A stretch of DNA of 19,243 bases from Candidatus Hydrogenedentota bacterium (lineage in GTDB: Bacteria; Hydrogenedentota; Hydrogenedentia; Hydrogenedentales; SLHB01): assembly GCA_034408725.1 (NCBI GenBank), contig JAWXCN010000046.1, positions 1-19,243 of the forward strand, read 5' to 3'. A model generated the notes under the pieces. That model was not told where the DNA came from, searched no databases, and worked only from the letters and a program-made list of their open reading frames with translations. Every line of letters begins with the position of its first letter. The stretch's first letter is position 1. A program made the position numbers and the translations under genes. Below are positions 8,530 to 17,224 of this stretch, in pieces.

Positions 8530-8555
8530 AGCAAGAAGTAGTGTCGTCGGGGTGG

Positions 8556-8616
8556 TGTTCAAAATAGCACAATGGCCAATTTTGTCAATTGAAAACCGAG
8601 ATTGCGCACAATTGTG
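8556..8616. promoter_or_regulatory. Candidate upstream activator sequences for a sigma54 enhancer-binding protein
   Basis: TGT-N10-ACA (8556-8571) plus palindromes TCAATTGA (8585-8592) and CACAATTGTG (8607-8616), about 70-130 bp upstream of the -24 box. Confidence 0.45.
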
Positions 8617-8668
8617 AACGGAAAGTCACTGTGGTCGGTCGGAGGTGTCGGTCGGGAGAATTCCGAGG

Positions 8669-9550
8669 TCAGTGCGTGACCAGCGTGCCCATGCCTTTGT
8701 CGGTAAATATCTCGAGCAGGAGCGAGTGGGGGACTCGCCCATCAATGATGTGGGTCTTTGATACGCCGTAGTCCAACGCCTTGAGGCACGCCTCTACCTT
8801 GGGAATCATCCCGCCTGCGATTACGCCCTGTTGAATGAGGGTCTCGATCTCGCGGTAGTCCAACTGGTGGATGAGCGAGGCCGGGTCTTTTGGATCGCGA
8901 AGTATCCCCGGTGTGTCGGTAAGGAAGACGAGTTTCTCCGCCTGAATAGCCGCGGCCACTTCGCCCGCGGCGCTGTCCGCGTTCACGTTCCAAGTATTTC
9001 CATGCGGATCAGTCGCAATCGGTGCGATGATTGGAATCATTCCCGCGTCGCAGAGCACGCTGATAATTTTGAAATGCACGCTCGTGATTTCGCCGACAAA
9101 CCCGAGGTCGGCATTGTCGTCGCCGACCAGTTTGCGGGCATGGAAGAGGTTGCCATCCTTCCCGCATAGTCCTACGGGGTTCCCGCCGGCGCGGCTGATC
9201 AACGTTACAATCTCTTTGTTTAACGCCCCCGCCAGCACCATTTCGACAATTTTGACCGTTTCTTCATCGGTGACGCGCAGGCCGTTATGAAATTTCGGTT
9301 CCACGCCGAGCCGTTGAAGCGTGCGGTTGATCTCCGGGCCGCCTCCGTGGACGACGACTGGGTTCATTCCCACGTATTTCATCAGCACGATGTCTTCCGT
9401 CGTGCTTTCGCGCAGCCGCGTGTTCTCCATCGCCGCGCCGCCGTACTTGACGACAACCGTCTTCCCTTCAAACTCGCGGATATACGGGAGCGCCTCGACC
9501 AGCGTCGCCGCTTTCTGAATGAACTCCTCGTATTGATTTATCATCGGCAT
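8669..9550 (-). CDS. argB: Acetylglutamate kinase
   Basis: LVEALPYIREFEGKTVVVKYGGAAM, VVVHGGGPEI, GLRVTD, NVNADSAA, GGMIPKV, HIIDGRVPHSLLLEIFT. Start uncertain (TTG 9562, ATG 9550 or ATG 9544). Confidence 0.97.
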   Translation of the reverse strand: MPMINQYEEFIQKAATLVEALPYIREFEGKTVVVKYGGAAMENTRLRESTTEDIVLMKYVGMNPVVVHGGGPEINRTLQRLGVEPKFHNGLRVTDEETVKIVEMVLAGALNKEIVTLISRAGGNPVGLCGKDGNLFHARKLVGDDNADLGFVGEITSVHFKIISVLCDAGMIPIIAPIATDPHGNTWNVNADSAAGEVAAAIQAEKLVFLTDTPGILRDPKDPASLIHQLDYREIETLIQQGVIAGGMIPKVEACLKALDYGVSKTHIIDGRVPHSLLLEIFTDKGMGTLVTH

Positions 9551-9574
9551 TGAGGGCCTCAACTCCTTCCGGCG

Positions 9575-10777
9575 TCAGGATCGGTAATCCGCATTAATCG
9601 ACACGTAGGCATGGCTCAGGTCGGAAGTCCAGAACACTGCGTTTCCATCGCCTTCGCCCACCCGCAGTCGAACGCGAAATTCTTTCTGTTTCATTACCGC
9701 GGCCGCATCTTCCTCCTGGTAGCTCGTGGCCGCGCCCTTGTCAACAAGTTGCACGTCATCCAGCCACAGCGCGATTTCGGCGGGATCGAAGTCCACGCCA
9801 GCGTACCCCGCCGCGCACGCAATACGTCCCCAGTTTGGGTCCTGGCCGAAAAAGGCGGTTTTTACCAACATTGAATTCGCGATCGCGCGGGCGATGGTTT
9901 TTGCAGCGGATTCATCGTGTGCGCCTTCCACCGAAATTTCGACGAACTTGGTCGCGCCTTCACCGTCGCGCACGAGCAACTTCGCCATGTCAACGCACAA
10001 TTCACGCAAGGCGGATTCAAAAGCGGGGTAATCTGTCGAGCCATCATGGAAATGCACGCCGGATGCCCCGTTCGCAAGGCAAAGCACGGTGTCGCTCGTG
10101 CTCATGTCGTTGTCGATGGTGATGCAATTAAACGATTGAGTTACCGCTTTGCGTAGTGCGCGGTCCAACAGCGCCGCGTCAACCCCCGCGTCCGTCGTGA
10201 TGACGCAAATCAGTGTCGCCATGTCGGGCGCAATCATTCCGGAACCCTTCGCGATAGCTCCGAGCCGCACGCTTCCCGACGGCAAAGGCACGTCCACCGC
10301 GAGTTCCTTCGGCACGGTGTCCGTCGTCATGATAGCCAGCGCCGCATCGCTGCTGCCGTTGGAGGATAACGCCCGTGTACACGAGTCAACGCCATTCATT
10401 ATGCGGTCCATCGGCAAGGGCACACCGATGACACCCGTGCTGCAAATACAGATATGCTCCGCGTTCGCGCCAAGACCGTCCGCGACCCGGGCCGCGGTTG
10501 CGCACACGTCCTCGAATCCGCGGTCCCCAGTAGCGGCATTGGCATTGCCGCTGTTGATGAAAACTGCCCGCGCCGTGCCTGACATGCATACCGCACCGTT
10601 CCAAACGACCGGAGGAGACTTCATCAGGTTTTTCGTGAACATCCCCGCGACCGTTGCGGGCGTATCGCTCGCGATGAGCGCGCAATCCTTCTTGTCCCAC
10701 ACCTTCTTGATGTTGGCCGCGACGCCGGACGCGCTGAATCCCCTGGGCGCGGTTACGCCGCCTTCGATATATTTCAT
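9575..10777 (-). CDS. argJ: Ornithine acetyltransferase / N-acetylglutamate synthase
   Basis: GGVTAPRGF, NSGNANAATG, STGVIG, IMTTDT, AKGSGMIAPDMAT (autocleavage), VRDGEGATK, DPNWGRI, YVSINADYRS. ATG 10777 overlaps the argC stop (ATGA), so the track's longer start is unlikely. Confidence 0.97.
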   Translation of the reverse strand: MKYIEGGVTAPRGFSASGVAANIKKVWDKKDCALIASDTPATVAGMFTKNLMKSPPVVWNGAVCMSGTARAVFINSGNANAATGDRGFEDVCATAARVADGLGANAEHICICSTGVIGVPLPMDRIMNGVDSCTRALSSNGSSDAALAIMTTDTVPKELAVDVPLPSGSVRLGAIAKGSGMIAPDMATLICVITTDAGVDAALLDRALRKAVTQSFNCITIDNDMSTSDTVLCLANGASGVHFHDGSTDYPAFESALRELCVDMAKLLVRDGEGATKFVEISVEGAHDESAAKTIARAIANSMLVKTAFFGQDPNWGRIACAAGYAGVDFDPAEIALWLDDVQLVDKGAATSYQEEDAAAVMKQKEFRVRLRVGEGDGNAVFWTSDLSHAYVSINADYRS

Positions 10778-11784
10778 GGGGCCATTCCCGCGAAATTGAG
10801 GCCGGTCCGCTCGTCCAGTCCAAACATGATGTTCAAGCATTGCACCGCCATTCCCGCGGTGCCGCCCATCAGATTGTCTATTGCGCAGATGATCAGCAGG
10901 TTGCCGGTGCGCGCGTCGGTCGTCCAGCCGATGTCGCAAAAGTTAGAGCCGCGCACGTGCTTAACTTCTGGAAGCTGTCCCTGTGGCAGCACGCGCACGA
11001 ACGGTTCTTGTGCGTAGCTCGCATACGCGGCAACGGGGTCTATCGCGCCCGCTGGACGAAACGTGATTGTGGTAAGTATGCCGCGCGTGAGTGGTGCAAC
11101 ATGCGGCGTGAATTGCACCATTGCGCGATGGCCCAGTTCCTGCTCGATTTCGGGAACATGCTGATGCACGCCCAGTTTGTATGCCTTCAGGTTCTCGTTC
11201 ATCTCCGGGAAATGGTAGCCGTCGCTAGGCGAACGTCCCGCGCCGGAAATACCGGAAATGGCGTCAATCACAATCGGGATATCCGTGCTGGCGTGATCGA
11301 GAATCGGGCGAAGCGGCAAAATCGCGCTGATGGGATAGCAGCCCGGCACGCAGACCAACTGCGCGGACTTCAACTGCTCGCGATATACTGGCGCAAGCCC
11401 GTACACGCTTTCCGCAACATGATGGGCAGCGCCGTGCTTTTCTTTGTAGTATTTCTCGAATGCTGCCGTGTCTTTCAGCCGGAAGTCGCCGCCAAGATCC
11501 AGCACGCGCGCACCCGCATCGCGCAACGCTGAAACTACAGAGATCGATTGACCGCTGGGCACGCCAATGACTACGGCATCGCATTTCTTCGCCAAAGCCG
11601 CCGCGTCGAAAGTTTCTACGGTAAGGTCATGTACGTTCCGAAACGCGGGCAGCACGTCGCCAAGCGGCTTTCCCGCCGCGCTCGTAGACGCGACCGCGAC
11701 GAGCGCGATCTCCGGGTGGATCGCCGCCAAACGCATCATTTCCCGCGCGCCATACCCCGTGCCAACTATGCCAATTCGTATCAC
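10774..11784 (-). CDS. argC: N-acetyl-gamma-glutamyl-phosphate reductase
   Basis: IGIVGTGYG, DLGGDFRL, VYGL, PGCYP (catalytic Cys), SGISGAGR, HQHVPEI, FTPH..PLTRGIL, IDNLMGGTAGMAVQCLNIMFG. GTG 11784 follows GGAGG. Confidence 0.96.
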   Translation of the reverse strand: MIRIGIVGTGYGAREMMRLAAIHPEIALVAVASTSAAGKPLGDVLPAFRNVHDLTVETFDAAALAKKCDAVVIGVPSGQSISVVSALRDAGARVLDLGGDFRLKDTAAFEKYYKEKHGAAHHVAESVYGLAPVYREQLKSAQLVCVPGCYPISAILPLRPILDHASTDIPIVIDAISGISGAGRSPSDGYHFPEMNENLKAYKLGVHQHVPEIEQELGHRAMVQFTPHVAPLTRGILTTITFRPAGAIDPVAAYASYAQEPFVRVLPQGQLPEVKHVRGSNFCDIGWTTDARTGNLLIICAIDNLMGGTAGMAVQCLNIMFGLDERTGLNFAGMAP

Positions 11785-11808
11785 AATCGCCTCCAAAAAT
11801 AAACGCGA

Positions 11809-11838
11809 AGTATAGAATTTGCGGGACGGCCTCCGCAA
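11809..11838 (-). promoter_or_regulatory. Candidate sigma70-type promoter of argCJB
   Basis: Minus strand reads TTGCGG-18 nt-TATACT just upstream of the argC RBS. Confidence 0.4.
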
Positions 11839-11868
11839 GGGAATGCGCCGCATCCGAATTGCCGGGCG

Positions 11869-12795
11869 TTATGTCCTTTCTCTCTGCGCGAGCCATGCGC
11901 ATGCCGCAGGCGGAAGGTCTTCATGAGCGCCTTCAAATATTGTCACACGCGCATCGCCGGCATAACGCCGCAAATAAATTGCGCGGCCGTAACTGTTGTC
12001 CTGTTCGGTATCGGGTGAGAGATTCTCCAAACGCATCAACCTGTCCAAATCGTCCGTGCGCACACCCGCATCTCCCTGGGCTTCCGCCAATGCGTTGAAC
12101 GCCCACACGCTGTGCTGAATGCCGATCCCCCGCGGTTGTCCGTCGCGAATTCCGTGATTGATATCCAGCGCGACTCCCGCGGCTTTCGCCATGTGAAACC
12201 GCGGCGAACGGTACCGAAGTTCATCATCAACCTTCGGAGACGAACCCGGCGCGCCACCGCAGACTTTCTCGATATGCCGATACACTTTCGCGCCTTGCGC
12301 CACGCACTCCGCGTGAAACGCAGCAAGATCGCTCACTGCGCACCAGGCGGACACGCCTGCCCACGATGCCGGCGCGTCCGCGGCCAACACCAACGCCATA
12401 TGCGCGCCGCCGGAAACGCCCGCGACATAAATGCGCCGATCATCGACCGCACAAGCCTGTCGCGAATGTTCAACCGCATCGAGCACGTCTTGCCGCGCCA
12501 CGCGCGACGCGCAAGCCTCTGGCCGCTTATTCGGCCCGCGGAAGTGCGGCGCGATGAAATGCCAGTCCCGTTCCCCCGCCTCCTGCTGCCAACGGCGCGA
12601 ATCGGTGTCGTAACCATGCCGCCAGGGATGGAGGTAGACCAACAGCGGACGCGGCCCGGTAGCTGCGGCGGGAATGAACCCGCAGGGTTGTTGTGCGCCG
12701 TCGGCAGTGCTGCGCACCTGGATCGTGTGCGTTGCCGCAGCCGGATCGCGGTCCGCCGGCTTGCGCAGGCCGATCCACTCCAGTAAGCGTTTCAT
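11869..12795 (-). CDS. Alpha/beta-hydrolase (prolyl-oligopeptidase/esterase-like)
   Basis: RPLLVYLHPW, VDDRRIYVAGVSGGAHMA (GxSxG nucleophile elbow), INHGIRDG (Asp), IFEGAHE (His). Confidence 0.85.
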   Translation of the reverse strand: MKRLLEWIGLRKPADRDPAAATHTIQVRSTADGAQQPCGFIPAAATGPRPLLVYLHPWRHGYDTDSRRWQQEAGERDWHFIAPHFRGPNKRPEACASRVARQDVLDAVEHSRQACAVDDRRIYVAGVSGGAHMALVLAADAPASWAGVSAWCAVSDLAAFHAECVAQGAKVYRHIEKVCGGAPGSSPKVDDELRYRSPRFHMAKAAGVALDINHGIRDGQPRGIGIQHSVWAFNALAEAQGDAGVRTDDLDRLMRLENLSPDTEQDNSYGRAIYLRRYAGDARVTIFEGAHEDLPPAACAWLAQRERT

Positions 12796-12929
12796 TTCCT
12801 GTTTCCCCGAAAGTCCGCAGTATACGCCCGCGGCCGCACACCTGCACGCGTGGATTGGGACATCGCCAAAGCGGTACTATTGCGGATTCTTTGGCCAAAA
12901 CATCCATACACGGAGTACCGAGCAGCACC

Positions 12930-14321
12930 ATGAGCACCGGCGAATTGCGCGTGACCAATCCTTATACCGAACAGCTTGAACTCACGGCGCCAATGATAGC
13001 GCTGACGGAAGTCGATGCCGTCGTCCATCGCGCGCGCGAAGCCTTCCGCGGATGGCGCGAAACACCGATCGACGAACGCATTGCACTTTGCATGCGTTTC
13101 CTCGACGCGTTCCGCGCGATGGGCGATGAAATCGCCGCCGATACCTCGCGGCAAATGGGCAAGCCCTTGAAGCAGGCTCAGGGCGAGATCAACCGCCTCT
13201 GCGAGCGCGCCGAGTACATGATTGCAATCGCGAAGGAAACGCTCGCGGACGAGTATGTGCCCGAAATCCAGGGCTTCAAACGCTACATCCGGCACGAGCC
13301 GCTCGGCGTCGTGTTCGACATTGCCGCGTGGAATTATCCGTTGCTCATTCCGGTGAATGTTATTGTTCCCGCCGTGCTCGCGGGAAACTCAGTCATTCTC
13401 AAGCATTCAAGCCGCACGCCGCTCTGCGGGCAGGCCTTTGAAGACGCATTCAAAAAAGCCGGCGCGCCGGATAACCTCGTGCAGCACGTCGTCTGCGAAC
13501 ATTCGGTCGCGGAAGCTTTCGTCAAACATGCGGGCGTCGATTACGTCTCCTTCACCGGTTCAACGCGCGGGGGTCACGACATGGTGCGCGCCGCGTCCGG
13601 AAGATTCATCAACATCGGTCTCGAACTTGGCGGCAAAGACCCCGCATACGTTTGCGCCGACGCGGATTTTCGGAACGCGGTGGAGAACTGCGTTGATGGC
13701 ACGTTTTACAATGCCGGCCAGTCCTGCTGCGCGATCGAGCGCATTTATGTGGATAAGATCATCTACAAGGACTTCGTCGAGGCTTATGTCGAAGAGACGA
13801 AAAAATACATCAAGCTCGGAGACCCCAAGAACCCCGAGACCACGCTCGGCCCGATGGCCATGCGGCCGGTTGGAGCGTTCCTCGCCAAACAGGTGGACGA
13901 AGCAATACGCGCAGGCGGAAAACTTGTTGTGTCCGGCAGCGATTTCAAAGTGCCCAAACAGGGATGGTTTGCGACTCCTGCGGTGGTCGCCGATGCGCCA
14001 CAGACCTGCTCACTGATGCAGGAGGAAAGTTTTGGACCCGTCATAGGCATCACGCCCGTTGAAAACGACGCCGAAGCGATCCGCTACATGAACGATAGCG
14101 ACTACGGGTTAACCGCGTCGATCTGGACGCAGGACATCGACCGCGCCATTCGCGTTGGCGAACAAATCGAAACCGGCACATTTTTCATGAACCGTTGCGA
14201 CTACTGCGATCCCGGGCTGCCGTGGACGGGCGTGAAAGACACCGGCCGCGGCGCGAGCTTGTCGAAGTACGGGTTTCATCAACTTACAAGATTGAAAAGC
14301 ATGCACTTGCGGTTGCCGTAA
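12930..14321 (+). CDS. NAD(P)-dependent aldehyde dehydrogenase
   Basis: HEPLGVVFDIAAWNYP, LAGNSVILKHS, SFTGST, LELGGKDP, NAGQSCCAIER, EESFGPV, MNDSDYGLTASIWT. ATG 12930 (MSTGELRVTNPY) is preferred over the track's extended start, which overlaps the divergent hydrolase. Confidence 0.95.
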   Translation: MSTGELRVTNPYTEQLELTAPMIALTEVDAVVHRAREAFRGWRETPIDERIALCMRFLDAFRAMGDEIAADTSRQMGKPLKQAQGEINRLCERAEYMIAIAKETLADEYVPEIQGFKRYIRHEPLGVVFDIAAWNYPLLIPVNVIVPAVLAGNSVILKHSSRTPLCGQAFEDAFKKAGAPDNLVQHVVCEHSVAEAFVKHAGVDYVSFTGSTRGGHDMVRAASGRFINIGLELGGKDPAYVCADADFRNAVENCVDGTFYNAGQSCCAIERIYVDKIIYKDFVEAYVEETKKYIKLGDPKNPETTLGPMAMRPVGAFLAKQVDEAIRAGGKLVVSGSDFKVPKQGWFATPAVVADAPQTCSLMQEESFGPVIGITPVENDAEAIRYMNDSDYGLTASIWTQDIDRAIRVGEQIETGTFFMNRCDYCDPGLPWTGVKDTGRGASLSKYGFHQLTRLKSMHLRLP

Positions 14322-14441
14322 CGCACAAGGTAGAGGCCGTTTCCCCTTTCAAACAGGGTAGAAACAGCGGAACTATTTGAAATCTTCGCCCTCTATGATC
14401 GCATCTTCTCCGAGGGTAATCGTAATACGTTTCATTGATAT

Positions 14442-14879
14442 CTAACCCTGCATCCAATGTTTACCGCCGTGCTCACGCCGCAAGTATTCCACCGACTCGG
14501 TAACGAGTTCTTGAAGTACAGATTGGTCTATATCCGCAAGCTGTTTGATGTAAATACATGCCTTTCCTGCCTTGAACTTCCCCAGCTTCGCGATGAGTTC
14601 ACTGTGGCGCGCGGAGCAGGGCATGACGTATAGCGTTAAATCCTTTTTGCGCAATGCAAAACCTGCGAGGAACCAATCGCCTTCATGACCACTGGCATAT
14701 TTATAATGATATGTGCCGAAGCCCACCATGCCGCCGCCCCAGATTTTGGGCGGTTCGCCTGTTGCCTTTTGCATGAGGGCGATCAGAGCCCCGCAATCTT
14801 CCCGGCGAACGTCGTCGGGGATAGCCTTCAGGTATTCGTCAATACTCAAGTCAGTGGGTCTAGTTTTTTGGTCCGCCAT
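14442..14879 (-). CDS. DUF1801 (YdhG-like) domain protein
   Basis: KTRPTDLSIDEYL..RREDC..LM.KATGEPPKIWGGGMVGFGTYHYKYASGHEGDWFLAGF..RK..LGKFKAGKACIYIKQLADID, recognised by eye as the DUF1801 pattern. Confidence 0.85.
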   Translation of the reverse strand: MADQKTRPTDLSIDEYLKAIPDDVRREDCGALIALMQKATGEPPKIWGGGMVGFGTYHYKYASGHEGDWFLAGFALRKKDLTLYVMPCSARHSELIAKLGKFKAGKACIYIKQLADIDQSVLQELVTESVEYLRREHGGKHWMQG

Positions 14880-14899
14880 TGAAACCCCTGCCACGGGTT

Positions 14900-15832
14900 C
14901 TACATTTTTCCGAGGAGCACCGAGTTTGTTAGATCGTTGCCCAGCAGATCGAACTGATCAAACGTCCACACTACGTGCCGGGAATCCCGCTCGATTTCGA
15001 CCAGTTGCGGTTGGCCGGGCCCCGCGTGGCAATTTCCAATCACGAGATGTCCATTCGGCAGTACCGTCAATGTCGTGACCCACGCCAGCGTGACTCCCTG
15101 CAGATCGTTCTGATGCACTTCCCAAACGATCTTTTTTTCCGGCGTCACTTCAAGAATGGCGTGCCCGTTGCCGCTGCCGATGAGGGTGTTTCCGTTCTTC
15201 AGGCGAATGGCGGAAAACGCCTGATTGCCAAACGCCTCCGGGCCGTGACCCGGTTTCGGTTCTTTGCCGAACATCGGCACGGGAAATTCCCACACGACCT
15301 TGCCGTCTTTGCCTGAATATTCGCGAATAACGCCATCGCCCTCGTGGCTTACGAGGTAATTGCCATTGTCCAGTTTTCGCGCGAGCCGCGTGTCGCGATG
15401 CGGGTCGGGTTTGCTCACGACGAGCGCCGTGCTTTTCAACAGCTTGCCCGAACGATCAACTTCGATGATGCGGCCCGGTCCTGATTCGGCAATCATTACC
15501 GCACCGTCCGGCAACGGCTGGATGGCATGCACCTCGACGGGTTTGCCGCTGTTTCCATTGCTCTTCGCCGCATTGTACGACCACACCTCCGCCTTGGTCT
15601 TCCGATCAACTTCCACGACTTCATGTGCATTGCGTATCGCCATGATGTTTCCGTTGTCGAGCACGTGTAGGTCATGCGTCCCGCCCTTCCACGGCATTTC
15701 CCATTCCACGGCGCCATCGGGTTTAACGATGACCAGCTTGTCAATACCCACGGCCAGCACCCTGTATTCGGCAAATGCATTCGCAGGCGTGAATCCCGCC
15801 AAACACACCGACATTACCGTTAGGATTCTCAT
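14900..15832 (-). CDS. Secreted beta-propeller repeat protein (PQQ-like / arylsulfotransferase-like repeats)
   Basis: Signal peptide ending ANAFA and repeated blades L.NGN.L....V.EV...G.VVWE. RBS GAAAGGA. Confidence 0.75.
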   Translation of the reverse strand: MRILTVMSVCLAGFTPANAFAEYRVLAVGIDKLVIVKPDGAVEWEMPWKGGTHDLHVLDNGNIMAIRNAHEVVEVDRKTKAEVWSYNAAKSNGNSGKPVEVHAIQPLPDGAVMIAESGPGRIIEVDRSGKLLKSTALVVSKPDPHRDTRLARKLDNGNYLVSHEGDGVIREYSGKDGKVVWEFPVPMFGKEPKPGHGPEAFGNQAFSAIRLKNGNTLIGSGNGHAILEVTPEKKIVWEVHQNDLQGVTLAWVTTLTVLPNGHLVIGNCHAGPGQPQLVEIERDSRHVVWTFDQFDLLGNDLTNSVLLGKM

Positions 15833-15878
15833 AGCATGTTCCTTTCGGAGGGCGGGTTTTCCAATCCGCCGATTTCTT
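15716..15878. repeat. Diverged direct repeat, copy A (5' end and leader of the beta-propeller gene)
   Basis: Aligns with 17108-17269; shared blocks include GTTTAA.GATGACCAGCTTGTCA, GCCAGCAC, GCATTCGC, TCCCGCCAA, TCTCATA and TCCTTTCGGAG. Confidence 0.85.
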
Positions 15879-15913
15879 TATAGGACAAATCACTCGCGGA
15901 TTGGAAAAGCCGC
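15852..15913. repeat. REP-like inverted repeat
   Basis: GCGGGTTTTCCAATCCGC (15852-15869) and GCGGATTGGAAAAGCCGC (15896-15913) are complementary at 17/18 positions, with a 26-nt spacer. Confidence 0.7.
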
Positions 15914-16888
15914 TTTCGTGCGCGTGTAAAAATCCGCCCAGTCGTACCACGCAGCAGAAAAGGTCTCAACTTCTGGGAATTCTAACTTGAGCGTGTTGTT
16001 AATCCCCTTGTATTTATTCAATAGACGTTGGGACAGCGTCGGTATCGAAAATGATTCATCAGGTATCTCGTCATTGACTTTGACTGAATCTTGGCGGAAC
16101 GCATATTCCTCTATTAGTACCGGCTGGTCCGGGCCACCAACAGAACTCTTAACGGACCTTATAGGAACTATCACGCGACCCTCCGGCGTCTCAAACGTTT
16201 TAAATTCTTCAATCACATAATCTACAAAAACATGGTCTGAGGCACTTATGTTTTGGTATCTAAGCGGAAAATATTCTAAAGCGGTCGCGAGATATAGCCT
16301 TGTCCTCTGCGTACCGGACGGAACCGGATCGGACCAAAACGCATCTATTATGATGCAGGTTTGATCGCTAACGGTAGTTTTATCAATCAGCTCAGTCCTT
16401 GCTATACGATTGGACCATAGATTTTCCACCTGAATAGAACTCAAGTCTTCCTGCACAGCTCGGAAAAGAAAACCATATGGAAGAAGTATGGGTGGTCGTA
16501 TGCCATAGGAAGTTTGCGTTGGGGTTTTTCGCACGGTTAAAACAAATTGCCGTTTGTCCAAATATTGATAATCCGACAAATTAAAAGCTACGGAATGCAT
16601 CACCAATTTTGTTTCGGACACAGTGGATGGTAATGTTGTATCAAACTCAATATCTGCAAAAAATTTCCCACCTTCGAATGCATATTGTGATATGGTTGAG
16701 TATAAAGGAATAGTTATGGCTGGTTGATTTGGATTTACTTGTTTTCTCGACGTAACAACTTCAAATTGAATTGATTTTATGCGTTTTAGTTGAGTAACTT
16801 GGTGCATGGAGATGGTTTGCCAATCTACAGCATGCGCGTTGCCAGTCGCCGCATTTGCGGTCAGTAACGTTAACAACAGTAGCGACAT
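15890..16888 (-). CDS. Low-GC secreted hypothetical protein (332 aa)
   Basis: Long ORF in AT-rich DNA (19/60 GC at 16681-16740 by hand count), with a signal-peptide-like N-terminus and a beta-strand-rich body. No family recognised with confidence. Confidence 0.75.
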   Translation of the reverse strand: MSLLLLTLLTANAATGNAHAVDWQTISMHQVTQLKRIKSIQFEVVTSRKQVNPNQPAITIPLYSTISQYAFEGGKFFADIEFDTTLPSTVSETKLVMHSVAFNLSDYQYLDKRQFVLTVRKTPTQTSYGIRPPILLPYGFLFRAVQEDLSSIQVENLWSNRIARTELIDKTTVSDQTCIIIDAFWSDPVPSGTQRTRLYLATALEYFPLRYQNISASDHVFVDYVIEEFKTFETPEGRVIVPIRSVKSSVGGPDQPVLIEEYAFRQDSVKVNDEIPDESFSIPTLSQRLLNKYKGINNTLKLEFPEVETFSAAWYDWADFYTRTKAAFPIRE

Positions 16889-16971
16889 ATTACACCAACC
16901 CTTTCGTCATTCAGTACACCCGCCGGGCCTGGAAGGAGTTGCCTACACAAGTCTTTGTCACAATTAGCGTT

Positions 16972-17000
16972 ATACTACACGAGAATTGCAATAAAGTCAA
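16972..17000 (-). promoter_or_regulatory. Candidate sigma70-type promoter for the low-GC gene
   Basis: Minus strand reads TTGACT-17 nt-TAGTAT, about 85 bp upstream of ATG 16888. Confidence 0.55.
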
Positions 17001-17104
17001 TTTCTTTAGGTAGGGAATAAATCACGCAATGGTATACCCGCTTCCATGCCGTGTGAGTATTGGCCTGGGTTTGGGAGAAATGTCGTGAGGCTCTTGTAGG
17101 GAGA

Positions 17105-17224
17105 CTAATCTGGTTTAATGATGACCAGCTTGTCATTGCCCACCGCCAGCACGCGGTGTTCCGCAAAAGCATTCGCGCAAGCCAGTCCCGCCAAGCACAG
17201 ACATATCCCCATCGCAAATCTCAT
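17105..17224 (-). pseudogene. Truncated duplicate (39 codons) of the beta-propeller gene 5' end; lies within repeat copy B (17108-17269)
   Basis: MRFAMGICLCLAGLACANAFAEHRVLAVGNDKLVIIKPD* versus MRILTVMSVCLAGFTPANAFAEYRVLAVGIDKLVIVKPD: 26/39 identical. It keeps the RBS GAAAGGA, and the TAG falls exactly where homology ends. Confidence 0.8.

Noticed and set aside
10778-10939. N-terminal extension of ArgJ in the ORF track
   Set aside because: It overlaps argC out of frame; the ATGA coupling at 10774-10777 gives a normal-length ArgJ.
11785-11868. ARG box or attenuator upstream of argC
   Set aside because: I saw no ArgR-type AT-rich palindrome and no convincing leader peptide, only a short TTGCGG/CCGCAA dyad overlapping the putative promoter.
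12693-12929. N-terminal extension of the aldehyde dehydrogenase in the ORF track
   Set aside because: It overlaps the divergent hydrolase and is not ALDH-like; homology begins at ATG 12930.
14338-14370. Imperfect hairpin after the ALDH gene resembling the 7973-7990 hairpin
   Set aside because: The similarity is short and the stem is weak; it cannot be supported as a terminator or repeat copy.
16975-17217. 80-aa minus-strand ORF in the track
   Set aside because: It is an out-of-frame reading across the truncated duplicate and runs into the promoter of the low-GC gene.
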